From assembly GCA_043228905.1 (NCBI GenBank), contig JBHGNT010000013.1:5456001-5520000 (forward strand): a stretch of DNA of 64,000 nucleotides, read 5' to 3'. The translations under genes were made by a program, and so were the position numbers. Source of the stretch: Azolla caroliniana (taxonomy: Eukaryota > Plantae > Polypodiophyta). Shown here piece by piece: positions 1-12,853 of the stretch. Each line of letters begins with the position of its first letter. Position 1 is the stretch's first letter. Below the pieces are notes generated by a model. It had not been told where the DNA came from. It ran no database searches and saw only the letters and a list, made by a program, of their open reading frames with translations.

Positions 1-859
1 GGAAAATGGTTTGGTCTGATACCAGTCGATCAAACCCGACTCACATGAGATCTAACTCGGACGAAACCGATTGGTCGAACCCGATCTAGAAGGAAGCCGA
101 CCTGGTCGAGACCGATTGAACGAGATCAATTTGGCCAACTTGAAGGGAGGATCCAAACAAAAATTGACTAAACCAGAACACGACCGACCATGATCGATCC
201 AAATAGAAGTTGAGTTGGCCTAGTTGATGGTCGAAGTGATCAACTGGTGACATCTGGTTGGGGTTGGTGGGAGCAATGAGGAGGCCAAGCAAGCATGACG
301 ACTATGAGGAAGAAGACAAAGATCAAGAAGAATCCTCCACACTTAAACCTGAGACTTTGGCAGTTGCGGATCAACATAAGACCGGAGAGACAGAGGGTGG
401 TGGCGAGGAGTCGGAGGTTGAAGCGGGCAAGGGTTTCGGAAAGGATGAAAGGAGTGTTATGGTGGACAATCAAAGCCAAGAAGGCCAATCAGATTAGAAG
501 CATGATCCTCAAGACAAGGCGGCGATATTGGAGGCCATGGAAGAGACCAAACTAGACGACACTAACACGGATGTCAGGATGGTGGTGGACTCTACCGTAA
601 GAGAAGACCACAACAAAATGAGAAGCGTGTAATGTGGTCGCATAAGGGCCTAGGGATGAGCATATATTCGAAGGAGATCGATGTCAATGAGAAGCGATCA
701 AAGAATAAAGAAGGACGACACACCAAAGTGCTTGGGTCAAAGGACAGTTGGGCTGGAAGCAACACATACAAGGTGCATGACAAACAGTATCCGGCATGCG
801 GTGTGAATGGTTGGGATCTCAATTGGAGGACATGGGAAGAGGTGAAAGGAAGAGGGGTT

Positions 860-1588
860 TGGTAGGCAAAGCGCAAGGACATGTCGCTCCTTCTGGTCAA
901 GACCACTGATGAGACGAAATGGACTATAGGAGTTGGTGCATACTGATGTGTGTCAAGTGGACATGAAATCACATGCTGGATCACAGTACTTCGTGACGTT
1001 CATAGACGACCATAGCTGGAAGTTGTGGGTCTCTTCAAGTGTTGTCCATCTTCAAGGAGCTCCATGCAAGAGGGGAAAGGGAAACCGGTCAGAAGCTAAA
1101 GGCAATTCGAGCAGATAATGGAGGCAAATATTGAGGGCAGTTCAAGGAGTACTGCGGGTCGAAGGGAATCCGGCTCGAATTTATCATGCCGAAGACGCCG
1201 GAACTGAACGGGCTGGCCGAACGGATGAATTGGACCGTAATGGAGAGAGTTTAGTGCATGTTGGCATATGCAAAGCTACCCAAGATGTTTTGGGCTAAGG
1301 CGCTGATGAGAGCGACCTATGTGATAAATAGATCACCCTCAGCGTATGGACCGGTAAGGACGTGTCTTACAGGCATCTGAAGGTGTTCGGTGTCTCGCTT
1401 ATGTGCGTGTTGCAAAAGACAAGAGAGCGAAGTTGGATCTGAAGTCCCAAACTTGCATATTCCTCGGATACGGTGACGATCAGTTTGGCTACCGAGTGTT
1501 GGACCTGATTGACAAGAAGGTTTTCCGGAGTCGGGACTTCATCTTCATGGAGGATAAGACCATTGCTGATTGGGAGTCGGAGAAGAAG
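860..1588 (+). mobile_element. Degenerate Ty1/Copia (Tnt1/Tork-like) integrase fragment; host of the nested Copia at 1589
   Basis: Peptides LVHTDVCQVDMKSHAGSQYFVTFIDDH and CIFLGYGDDQFGYRV. It is cut at EDKTIADWESEKK and resumes after 26659, matching the uninterrupted family copy near 48600-48660 (-). Confidence 0.85.
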
Positions 1589-1977
1589 TGTTGAGTGAGA
1601 AGCTCAACATTGGGTGTGTAATACGGTGCGTAACCCAATGCGTAGACTGGACACGAAAGTTAGTACGCATAAATTGGCCGAAAGGCCGTTAGAGAGATAT
1701 TCCTCATAAGGAATAATTTTGGGAGTGAGTGTCGAGGCTCATTTATGAGCGGTCAAGTACTGTTAGTACTTGTGTCAGCCCGATTGTCAGGGCTTGTATA
1801 AAAGGTGCTCACTAAGCATGAAGTATGTATGTACAGAGTGTTATTATTTTTGAAATTGAACTATTGTGTGTGATCTCTCTCTCCATCTCTGTGTTTTCTG
1901 TGTTTAATGAACTGTCTTATTTCCAAATTGTATACATTGTGTTTACACATACGCTTCTGCACACGCTATTCTTTACA
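1589..1977 (+). repeat. 5' LTR of Copia X-1
   Basis: TG..CA ends, TATAAAA near 1797, similar to 26273-26654. Confidence 0.92.
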
Positions 1978-1989
1978 TGGTATTAGAGC
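1978..1989 (+). promoter_or_regulatory. Primer binding site, tRNA-iMet
   Basis: TGGTATTAGAGC, one mismatch to the canonical TGGTATCAGAGC, directly after the LTR. Confidence 0.9.
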
Positions 1990-2085
1990 ACGAGGGTTGA
2001 AGTCCTCTGCAGTCGACAAGAAAAGCTTGCGACCAAACAGAGTTGAAGTTGTTCTTTGTTTTTCGGAAAAGGAAAAGATAGCAAA

Positions 2086-3304
2086 ATGGACAGAGGTATG
2101 GGAAGCTCACTTCCGACTAAAAAGCTTGACAAAAGCAACTACGCATCTTGGTCATACAAGATGCACCAGTACTTGCTCGGCCATGGCTACTGGAGTTACA
2201 TCGAAGGAGCTAATAATACAGCACCCAACTTGACACACAAGGATTTTTCGGCTTGGGAACAAGCGGCAAGCAAAGATCTCTATTGCTTTGCCTCTTGTGT
2301 GAGCGACCAGCTATTAAGCTACATTTGGGATGCTAAGATGCTAAAGGACGCGTGGGCAAATCTCAAAAAGATTTTCGCCGCTAGCACAATGGCTAGGAAG
2401 CTACAACTCAGACAGGAGCTCAACAATGTCAGATAGAAAGATCTGTTTGTGGCAGATTAGAGGCTCGGATCAAGGAAATTTGCAACTCTCTCGCCTCCAT
2501 CAACGTGAACGTCGAGGAGGACGAGATAGTGCAAGTGTGCCTTGGTGGGCAAGTGTCCAAGTTCGGAGCTTTCCGAACGATAGTCTGTACGAGGGAGAAT
2601 ACGCCTTCGTTTTTTGAGCTTCAGTCAATGTTGCTCATGGAGGAAAACCACGCACGTGCATCGATGAGTATGCGCACCGACGGCAAGATGTTATACACGG
2701 AGGAAGATAGGCCCCGTGGTCATGGTGGATGAGGTGGATCAACGCGCAATGGAGGCAGCCGAAAAGAGCAGAATGGATGGCATAATTGAGATGCCGGAAG
2801 CAATTCCGAACCCTCCGGAAGTAGGGGGAGTCATGGCGGCGCCGGAAGATGGCAAGAGAAGGCCACATCGGAATGCAGGTACTGTGGAAAGAAAGGCCAT
2901 AGAGAGAGGGAGTGCTGGAAGAAACAAACCGATTCAGACAAAGCTGGATCAAGCGGAAGAGACGCAAGAAGGTGTCAAAAGTCACACTACACTGAGGGCT
3001 CCGAACGAGTCGGAAATGGATCAGGCCCAACCTTCGTAATGAAGCATAAGGCCAACTCGATGGCTGTGAACACCTCGAAACTGAGCGAGGTGTGGTATGT
3101 CGATTCCGGAGTGTCAAATCATATGATGAGTCACGAGGAATGGTTCTGTACTTGGAGAAGCTGGAATCGCAAGGAGTTGTCTAGAGCAGATGACACTCCA
3201 CATACCATCGAACATGTTAGGGAAGTTCCCCTCACACACATCGGGCAGAAAGGGAAGCTTATGAATGTGTTGCACGTCCCAACAATAATGAAGAACTTGG
3301 TGTC
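2086..3304 (+). pseudogene. Copia X-1 gag and protease (disrupted)
   Basis: MDRGMGSSLPT..NYASWSYKMHQYLLGHGYW, protease WYVDSG, ending at KNLVS where Gypsy A is inserted. Contains stops and frameshifts. Confidence 0.9.
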
Positions 3305-3763
3305 TGTTACCCGGCCGGCAAGAAGGCTTAAGGAGATCCAAACCAGAGTGTGAAAGGAATAGTTTATTCGGGAACTGTTGTAATTAGTAATCTTAATATA
3401 TATTAATATATGAGAAGATGTGGACAGACGGACCGGAATCGGTATGCCGATCCGGATCCGGACCGATCCCGAAAAGGTTCCGGTTGGCACCGTTTTGTAC
3501 TTCACACCGGAGACCTATATAAAGGCTCGGTTACAATGTAATCGACAATGGATAATTAATAGAACGTATTGCCTTAATCTTTCAGTATTGATTACCGTTC
3601 TGTGCTTATTGTATATCTTATGTGTGTTAATGATGTATTGCTAAGTAATCGATTAAGGCCTAATTAAGCGTTGTGTCGTAAGTCATCCTGCCATAACACC
3701 CTTTGGTGAAGTGTCTTAAGTGGACACCCTGTGTTAGGTTGTTGTCCGGCCCTAGGATTAACA
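3305..3763 (+). repeat. 5' LTR of Gypsy A
   Basis: TGTTA...TAACA, with TATATAAAGG at ~3516 in the gag-pol sense orientation. Confidence 0.95.
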
Positions 3764-3770
3764 CAGTTTT

Positions 3771-3781
3771 TGGTGACCACG
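3771..3781 (+). promoter_or_regulatory. PBS of Gypsy A, probably tRNA-Arg(UCG)
   Basis: TGGTGACCACG (TGGCGACCACG in element B) after a CAGTTTT spacer. Complementary to the recalled tRNA-Arg(UCG) 3' end ...GTGGTCGCCA. Confidence 0.65.
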
Positions 3782-3818
3782 ATTCCTGCACAATCGCAGT
3801 GAACAATGGTGGGAATGG

Positions 3819-6800
3819 ATGACTAGGCCAACAGACGACCCGATTACAGAGAGAGCACGAAGACTTGCTGAACGGTGAAGACGGCGGGAGGCTTTCCAAC
3901 AAGCAACGGAAGAAATCCGATCGGATCGATCATTTTCCAAAGTGATCCGGAAAGTGGTGGAGGAGTCGCTCCATTTGCAACAAGACGCCTACCCGGACGA
4001 AGGAAGCAGCTTAAGCAGCCTCCGGGAAGCGGAATCCCTTCTCCAGGCCTTGGCTGGAAGAGCCGGCGAATCCGAAGCATTTTCAGTGCTGGAATCGAAT
4101 TCGGAAGGGGGTTACAACGCGCACACGAACTATCGCAGCAGTAATGACACCCCAGGAGGACCGGAGGACGAGGAGTCGGATACATTACTGACACCGGAAC
4201 CAGAGTTGTCAGACCGGGAACCCCCGGCACTAGACATCGAGCAACCTCCGGAGACGGAAGAAGACAAAGAATGACCTTCGACACCGGAAGTCGAGCTGGC
4301 AACACCAAAGGAAGACCGGCAAAGACCTCCGACGCCGACGGAACAACAGGAAAGACCACCGACACCGCCAGCCCGCGTACCGACACCGGACGACGACATG
4401 CCGTTCCAGTACTCCAAGTATAGGGATGACCCAGACGCGGAGGCTCATGTTCACGCGTTTCAACAAACATGGGAGGCGAACCATGTGTCACAACGGTTAA
4501 CCATGGCTGAAGAGGAATGATCTAAGATAGCCGAATTCGGCGTGACATTGGAAGGACCGGCCGCACGATGGCACTGGACACAGGACCCTAGCACCATCAC
4601 CACCTTTGCGGACCTGAAAGATAGATTCTTGCACTTCTTTCAGAAGGAGGTGGACCAGAGAGAAATGTGGGCCTATTTTATACCATCCGGCAGGACCCCG
4701 GGGAGAGCATTCCGCAGTTTGTCATCCGGTTTCAACGGATGCACAGTCAGCTTACCCGCGCAACTTCGGAGGAAGGAACACGGGCTATATTTTTAGCCGC
4801 GCTCCGGGAACCTCTACGAACGGTATGCACGGTCATCGACTTTCGCACAAGCACCGTCGACCAGGTCATCGACCGGGTTAGAGAAATGGAGAAAACGAGC
4901 TCTTGGCTAACAATGGGAGCCCTCCAACGAGCGTTACAAACCGATGAGGATCTCCGGTTCCGGCAAGCAATCCAATGCACGACCTGCTTGAATTCCGGAC
5001 ACTTGTCACTAGAGTGCACCATGCGGACGCACTGCTTACTCTGCCAATCTACGAGCCACACGATGGACCGGTGCGAATATAACTTATTGAATCGGCAAGC
5101 ACCACCAGTCCGGCAAATCGAGCCACGTAGTAGCCGAGACGAAGAAGATGAACGTTGGCGGCGAGAGGAGCGATATCGACCAGCACAGGATGTCCGGTAC
5201 GACAATCGGCGAGAGAACTATGACCGGTACCGAGATTACAACGGACGGTACGAGCATCACAATCGGGATCACTCCCTCGGGTATTACCAATGACGGGAAG
5301 ATTACGGGAGATATGACGACCAACCCCGTCAAGGGTACCGCAACAAAAAGAACTTTAATAAAAAATAGCATTTCAAAAAAGGGAGCCACCCACGTGAACC
5401 GGCAAAAGGCGCCTCAAGCAGCCAACCGGACCAAAGCCCCGTGGTTACAACGGGTCCTCCACCGGGTACAGGAAACAATGCCGAATCCAGCAATACCTGG
5501 AAAGCATATTGCTATTATTGCCGGCAAGAAGGACATTATAGTAATCAATGTCCGGCAAAGAGCTATGACAAGCGACCGGCAGTAAACATGGTAGTCGCCG
5601 AAGTCGCCGACCTACAACAAGTTACCACAAGGTCGAAGGGCAAGACGACGGAATGGGAGACACAAGAGGACATCCGGAAGCAGGCAATAGAATGGGTGAA
5701 AAAGGCAAATGAGCGAAACATAGCAGAACTTGCGCAGTAAAAGGAGAACATCGAAGAGCTCGCCAGCGGCAGTAAAACCGAAAATGTGACATGGCAAGCA
5801 TTGCAAGAGTGCCAAATCACGCTGCCGTTAGGACGGCTCTTGCAACTAGTGCCCAGGTTCACAGAAGGACTCAAGACAGGCATGATGGCAGGAGAAACAC
5901 CATCGGCACCAACATTCTTCTCAAATCCGGAGGAGGGACCGGCGGTGGTAGACACAAACAATCCGGCGATCACGGCCATCGTGAAGGGAAAAGAGTTACC
6001 CAAAGCAGTAATAGATGGAGGATCCGGCGTCAATGTGATTAGCCTCCGAACATGCACAACCTTGGGAATCCAAGAGTGGGAACCATGCCCGTTCTGGCTA
6101 CGGATGGCGGATACAAGCTCAGTGTGACTGACCGGCTTAATACGAGATTTGGAAGTAACAATCGGCGGCCACACATTTCGCATCTCGGCAGTAGTGCTAC
6201 AATTACAGGCACAAGGAGCTTACCCGCTATTGTTGGGGCGGTCGTGGCTAAAAACGACGCACATTAAACAAAACTGGAGAAAGAATATAATGACCTTCCG
6301 GTAGGGAAAAGCAAAAGTACGGGTACCAACGCAACCACGGACACGTACCGGGAAGGAATTGACACCCCTATATGCCGAATGTGTCAATATGTTGGATGGA
6401 TTAGCAGACGAAGAGGTGGATCAATACTTGCAAGATAATCCGAAGATAGTACCCCTGTTCGAAATTGACGTAGCTGAAGCCGTATCACCATACATACTGC
6501 CACCGGACGGAGCGGACGAAGAACCAAATAAAGAGACAATCCGAGAGCTACGGCAAGCACAAGAAGCGCTGGAAAGAGAAATGGTCGTATCACAACGGGT
6601 TAAAGCATCCCAACTAGAGGAGGTAAATCTAGGAACTACGGAAGAGGCGAGACCGGTGTAGATAGCCAAGGAAATGACTACGGAGAACAGAACGACGATG
6701 ATTACACTTCTCAAAGAGTTTCGGGATGTGTTTGCCTAGTCCTACGAGGATACGAGAGGGCTCAATCCTCAGCTATATCAACATCGGATACATTTGAGCA

Positions 6801-9738
6801 AAGACGCCAAACCGGTAGCACCACGACGGTACCGGATGAATCCAAACTACGCCACCAAAGGCAAGGAGGAAATCGACAAGTTGCTAAGGGTTGGCTTTAT
6901 CCATCCCGTGAAGAAATCTACATGGCTGAGCCCGATAGTAGTCGTACCAAAGAAAAATGGCAAAATTAGAGTATGTGTCGACTACTGGAAGCTTAATGCG
7001 GCGACGGTAACTGATGCATTTCCACTTCCATTTACGTTTGGAGTTTTGGACGCAGTCGCCAGCCATGAGGTATACAGTTTTTTAGACGGATTCAATGGAT
7101 ACAACCAGATCCGGATGCACCCCGATGACCAGGAGAAAACGTCTTTCGTCACTGAATGGGGAGTGTTTGTTGCGGTGGTGATGATGTTCGGACTCAAAAT
7201 GGCGCTGGCAATGTTCCAGAGGATCATCATGGAAATATTCGGAGAATTCATACTGGCGTTCATGCAGGTGTTCCTCGATGACTTCGCTGTTTACAGCCGG
7301 GAAGGAGACCACTTTCAACACCTCCGACTGTGTCTAGAAAAGTGTAGGGCTTACTGGCTAAGCCTGAATCCGGCGAAGTGTGTATTCGGTGTGTCTAGCG
7401 GAACGCTACTGGGCCACATTGTGAGCAAGGAGGGCATCGCCGTGGATCCGGACAAAGTAAAAGCAATCCTGGAGGCACCGGCACCAAAAACGGCAAAGGC
7501 ATTGAGCCGTTTCTTAGGCCAAATCCGTTGGCATAGCCGAATGCTCCGGTATTTGGCGGACCTAGCTACACCACTGCATGTTGCGGTACACCGAACACCA
7601 TTCCAGTGGACCGACACCGAAGACAAGGCGTACTAGGCACTCAAAGTTCTATTTTCGCAAGCGCCGGTAGTGCAACCCCCGGATTGGGCGAAAGAATTTC
7701 ATGTGTTCGTGGATGCGTCTGACATTGCAATTGGGAGTGCATTGATGCAACTTACGGAGCCAAGATGGTACCGGCCCGTATATTACGCAAGCCGGAAGTT
7801 ATCCCAAGCCGAATGAAATTATTCCACCACGGAAAGGGAAGCTTTAGGCATGATGTACAACGTAACAAAATTCAGGCATTATTTATTGGGAAGAAAGTTT
7901 TCCTTCCATGTAGATCATTCGGCACTCCTCTACCTAGTGTCCAAAGCGTCACTCACCGGTAAGTTGGCCCAGTGGACTTTGCTATTACAGGAATTCGAAT
8001 TCGAGATATTCCACCGACCCGGCATACAGCATGCGGTAGCAGATTATTTAAGCCGGTTAGATTCCGGCGAAACCGGCGACATAGTACCGGACGAGTTTCC
8101 GGATGTTGAGCTATTTCGAGTTACCGCAGAAACGGCAACAGATGAAACGGTGGCACCAGAAGATAAGTGGCTAATAAATATGCACCAATTTCTGAGCACC
8201 GGATTGCCTTTGGAGGAGATGAACCGAGACGAGCGGAAGCGCCTGGCGGTACAAAGCCGACACTTCTGTTTATTACGGGACACGCTATACCACAAAGGTG
8301 CGGACGGTATATGGTGACGAGCGGTGCGCAACGATGAGAAAGAGGTAATACTACGGGAAGCACACTGCGGAGTCGCCGGAGGCCATTATGCTGGGGATGC
8401 TACGACAAGGAAGATATGGAAAAGTGGCCTATGGTGGCTGACTACATTGAAAGATGCAGTCCGGTATGCGAAAAAGTGTGATCTATGCCAGCCAATGGGC
8501 CAGCCAACGGAACAAGCTAGGATGCCGCACCAGCCAGTACTACCGCTAGAACCATTTCAGAAATGGGGACTGGATTTTGTCGGACCATTTAAACCACCGA
8601 CAATGAGAACTGGCAACCGGTATGTGCTCGTCGCGACGGACTACTGCACTAATGGGTGGAAGAGAAAGCCTTACGAGACAACACCGCGGCGTCGACGGCA
8701 AAATTCTTATACGAATGCATTTGGTGCCGGTACAGATGCCCCATAGAGATGATAAGCGACCAAGGAGGGCACTTTCTTGGACAAGTAGTGGAGAGCTTGA
8801 CATCATTCTATGCGGTAATACATAAACGGAGCACCCCGTACTACCCACAAGCCAACGGATTAGTTGAGTCAACAATCAAAACACTACAGAATATCCTGCG
8901 GAAGATCGTCAATGACAATCGGACAGATTGGGACACGAAGCTGCACAGTGCACTCTGGGCTTACCGGACAGCGTACAAAACAAGCATCTGAACAACGCCG
9001 TTCCGGTTAGCATTCAGATTAGAGGATGTCATGGCGGTCGAATTCCAGGTGCCGAGCTTACGAATCCAGATTAGGGAATCACTTAATGAAAAGGAATCAG
9101 AGGCAATTCGGTTAAAGGCTCTGTGTGAACTAGAGGAACACCGACTGGCGAGCATCATGCACCTGGAATTGGAACAATGGCGACGGAAAGCGTTTGTAGA
9201 TCGGCACCGAAAAGGAAACGGAAAGATGTTCAAAATCGGCAAGGCGGTACTAGTGTTCCAAACCCGGATGGGTAAAATGCCAGGCAAACTACGGTTGAGA
9301 TGGATAGGACCGTACTGGATCACACGCGGGTTCAATGGGTCTTACCAGTTAGGGACACTGGCCAGTGAGGTGCTGGGAAAATGGGTCAACGGATTTAGAC
9401 TAAAGCCATACAAAGGACCTATGCCCAAGAACCCATTTGAACGAAGGGCCGACACTGAATCGGACACAGGCAGGCCAACCAAGACGGCAACCCGTGACAA
9501 AAATGGCTACCACCAAGCAGGTAAGGAGGAGCACGAGCCGACAACCGGGGAAAGCAAAACGATGGCAAACCGTCAAGAGGTCGGCAAGGTGCGCGTTTCG
9601 GGTAAGGGTCCGACAGGACTGGAGAAATTTTTACCACAATTAACATTACAAAAAAAAAAAAAAAAAGGCGAATCAAAGAAATCATTGAAAGGAGTGGTGG
9701 AAACAGCCATGCAAACGAGGAGTAAAGAGGCACGTTGA
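3819..9738 (+). pseudogene. Gypsy A gag-pol (gag with Cys/His knuckles, PR, RT, RNase H, IN), multiple stops and frameshifts
   Basis: CYYCRQEGHYSNQC, protease VIDGGSG, RT VFLDD, RH VFVDAS, IN HHCC and WGLDFVGP, GPY. Confidence 0.93.
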
Positions 9739-10034
9739 AAAGGTACGAGGAGGCGATGAATAGGACATTAAACCACCACCACATGGCACGTAATACTATT
9801 ATAGTACATGACCTGCACATGCGTAGTCTCGAAAAAGGCGCCAAGATGCAGAGAGAAAAACCCCCACGCATCGAGACCTTCTCCTTTCACGAACCAAGGA
9901 GAACAGACGCAGACAGACGCGTGAAGATCAATCGAAGAGAGCTCACTCACAGAGAACCCCCTCACTCAGAACTTTCTCTCTCACACTCTCCCCACCATCA
10001 AACCTCGCCAACACTCTCCGACCTCGACGCAGAG

Positions 10035-12799
10035 ATGGACTGCCAAACACTGTCTGAAGCCGCCAAGAAATGGCTACCACAGCACGGATTGGAGGGTTTC
10101 TTGATGATCATGGAGGCGGTGAAAGATTATCAAAGAAATCGACACAGAGGTGATCACGGAGGAGGCGGTCCATGTGTTAACAAGCCTTCCGGAGGGGGGC
10201 ATCTACACGATCGACAATCCTACCTCCGAGCAGCTCATCAAATATTTCGGTGAGTATTCTCTCGCCAGCAAAGGCTACAGGACACAGGGCGGCGAAGACA
10301 TGTTATTCTGCGAAATTGCCCGTGTACTTCATGAGTTCGGCCACGTATACCCTCGACCCCCCGTTATGCCTCAGAACCGAGCAGGCTTGATTATCGCAAC
10401 ATACGAAGGGGTCAAGGTGGATTGGCCAGTGCTGATCGCTGACGGGTTGTGTACGGCTATTGATATCGTAAGAGGAAAGGACGACAAGGAAGAGCGGAAA
10501 ATATGGCATGCGGTGACACAATGGCTCACCCTATTGGCGCCACCAGTCGAGCCCGTCTAGACCAAGAAGCGGGGAAGAGCAGGAGACGGCACCCCGAAAC
10601 CTGCTTCGAAACGGCAACAACTGTTGGCCTCCAAGGCCACTAAGGGGAAGACGGCCGACGTAGAGAAGGTGGCAAAGGAGCGCGCTAGCCGGAAGCGACT
10701 GACGGACACACAGGAGGAGACACCGGCACGGCCCTTGAAGAGCCCACTCCACCGACCGGTGCATCAAGAAATGGACACCCTGGCGGCAAGAATGAATGCT
10801 GGGACTTAGGCGGAGGAAATGGAGGAAGAACCCACGGAGCACCTCCAGCGACGGCCGGTGAAGAGCACCGCGGAATCAACCGGGAAGTGTTCGGACCCAC
10901 AGAGGGATGGAACGCCCACAACCCACACTGAGCATCCCACGCCAAGGGAGGCACCGGAACCGGTTCGGATGGAACCGGTCACAGAAGTCCCTGCACAATA
11001 GGCAGCACTGGCATGCCCCGTAACTCAAGAGCCGGTTATACAAAGGCCAACCTCCTCAGCTGGCCAAGTACAAGCAGACAAGGGGCGGCTAGCCAAAACA
11101 CACCCAGAGCCGGAACGGCAAAATGGTCAGCAGGTAGAGCCAGAAGTACAACTCGACGTAAAAGGCGGGACCAACCACCGGCAAGTGAACCCATCAGCCA
11201 ACCCGCCGTGCAGACGCAACAACAGTGCACCGGCAGCCAATGGCTCCGGTGGATAGGAGAACAAATTGCCAGAGTAGTCGGTTGCATAGAGGCGGAAGAA
11301 AGGGCGCAAACGGAACGGTTGCTTGTCACAACCAATGAACTGGAGACGGCCCGGTCAAGGATCCGGTGCCTCGAACAAGACTTGGATCAGATTACCGAAG
11401 ACATGGCCAAAATGGCCTTAACCGCAACGCAGATTCAAGCACCGGTGACTCCGGTGGATGTACATATGAATAAGACCCCGGAGACGGAAACTGTCTCGGA
11501 GAAAGATGCGGCGCAAGCCCAAGAACTTGCCGAATTAAGAGACGAGTTGGCCGCACAAGAAGCATTACGGAGCCGCGAACGCGACTTGAAGAAGGCGGCT
11601 GAAGAAGAATTAAAGAAGACTGCTGAGAACCTCTGCCTGGAAGAGGAAAACCTGCGTAAAGGACATCACGCGTACGACCGGCTAAAGGAGGAAAAAGAGA
11701 AATTGCTGTAGGAGAAAGACAAGCTGCGACGGATGGCGGAGACGGAAATCGAAAGGTTGAAGGAAGAACTCCGTCAACAGAAGGACCGGGAGGACCGCGC
11801 ACGCCGACAGATCAACCAGAGGCTGAAGCAGAAGACCGATGATTTTGATCATCCGGACTGGGACTACAAGCAGTTGGAGACGGAGTATAAGCAACAGCAG
11901 GAACGGATGGCCGAGCTCCGGCAAGAAGTTGATAGGGCCACAACGACACTCACCGACAAATGAGCTGAGAGTTCCAAGCAATTGGAGGAAGCGGTGATGA
12001 ACCGGATGGAGCTCCACAAACAGAAACATGAAGAAAAGGAACGAGCGAAAATGGTATTACAGAGGTTGCAAACAACCTATCAAAGTCAATTGTCGCATTA
12101 TAGGGAGCAGGAGGCGGATATGGTCAGAATCATCAAGCAATTGAAAGAGGAGCGACAAGCCGTACAGAACAAATCACGGATGGGAACCGAACGGATCCAG
12201 TGCATACTCCGGTCATGGCTCACCAAGACAAAAAGCTTGATTGATGAGAGCTCTGTGCGATGGTGGACGAAATGGGCGCAGAATACGGCGGAACTCCAAT
12301 TGCTCAGGGCGGACATAGAAAACCGGCGGAAGGAGGGTGACGACTGTTATACGCTGACATCGGAGGACTTCACCGCCATAAGGGATGAGCTGGCCGAAGA
12401 TTTCAGAGCCCTGGTGGATGAACAATTGGTGCAGGTCCGGCATCTCGTAGCTCAACTAGATGACGATCGGCTGGAGGCTCAAATCCAGTTTGACATCGGG
12501 AAGAAAAAGCGAGGAAGGCAGCAAGGGTCAACCTTAGTGATGAGGAACCGTCGCCGATACAAGGACTAGACGGGGACCAGGCCGGGATCAGTCAGCCAGC
12601 AACAACTTCGACGGAGGAGACAACGAAGGAAACGCCGGCGCCAGAGCGATAAACGGAGCAGCAACCCCAAACTGAGAAGGCACAAACGGAGCAGCCAGAG
12701 ACACAAACTGAACAACAGCCACAACAACAACAACAGATTCCCGACGAGCCATTGGAAATTCTGGAGCAAAGCATTCTGGACATTTTGGACGAAGCGTAA
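10035..12799 (+). pseudogene. Gypsy A extra sense ORF3 (globular N-terminus, linker, long coiled coil), disrupted
   Basis: Fragments MDCQTLSEAAKKW, YEGVKVDWPVLIADG and WWTKWAQNTAELQLLRAD are colinear with ORF3 of elements B and C. Confidence 0.85.
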
Positions 12800-12834
12800 C
12801 AGGGCCGGATAATGGGTTCGACGTACAAGGCACT

Positions 12835-12851
12835 GTCCCACGGGTGTGCCA
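12835..12851 (-). promoter_or_regulatory. Antisense PBS-like site / sense tRNA-Arg 3'-end copy in the PPT position (element A)
   Basis: GTCCCACGGGTGTGCCA, then TG, then the 3' LTR. No purine tract is present. Confidence 0.7.
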
Positions 12852-12853
12852 TG

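Noticed and set aside
1-860. Short acidic ORFs and repeats at the window start
   Set aside because: No recognisable domain; probably decayed TE linker sequence.
3771-3781. Self-priming by pairing of the 3' CCA motif with the 5' PBS
   Set aside because: Only 3-4 nt of complementarity.
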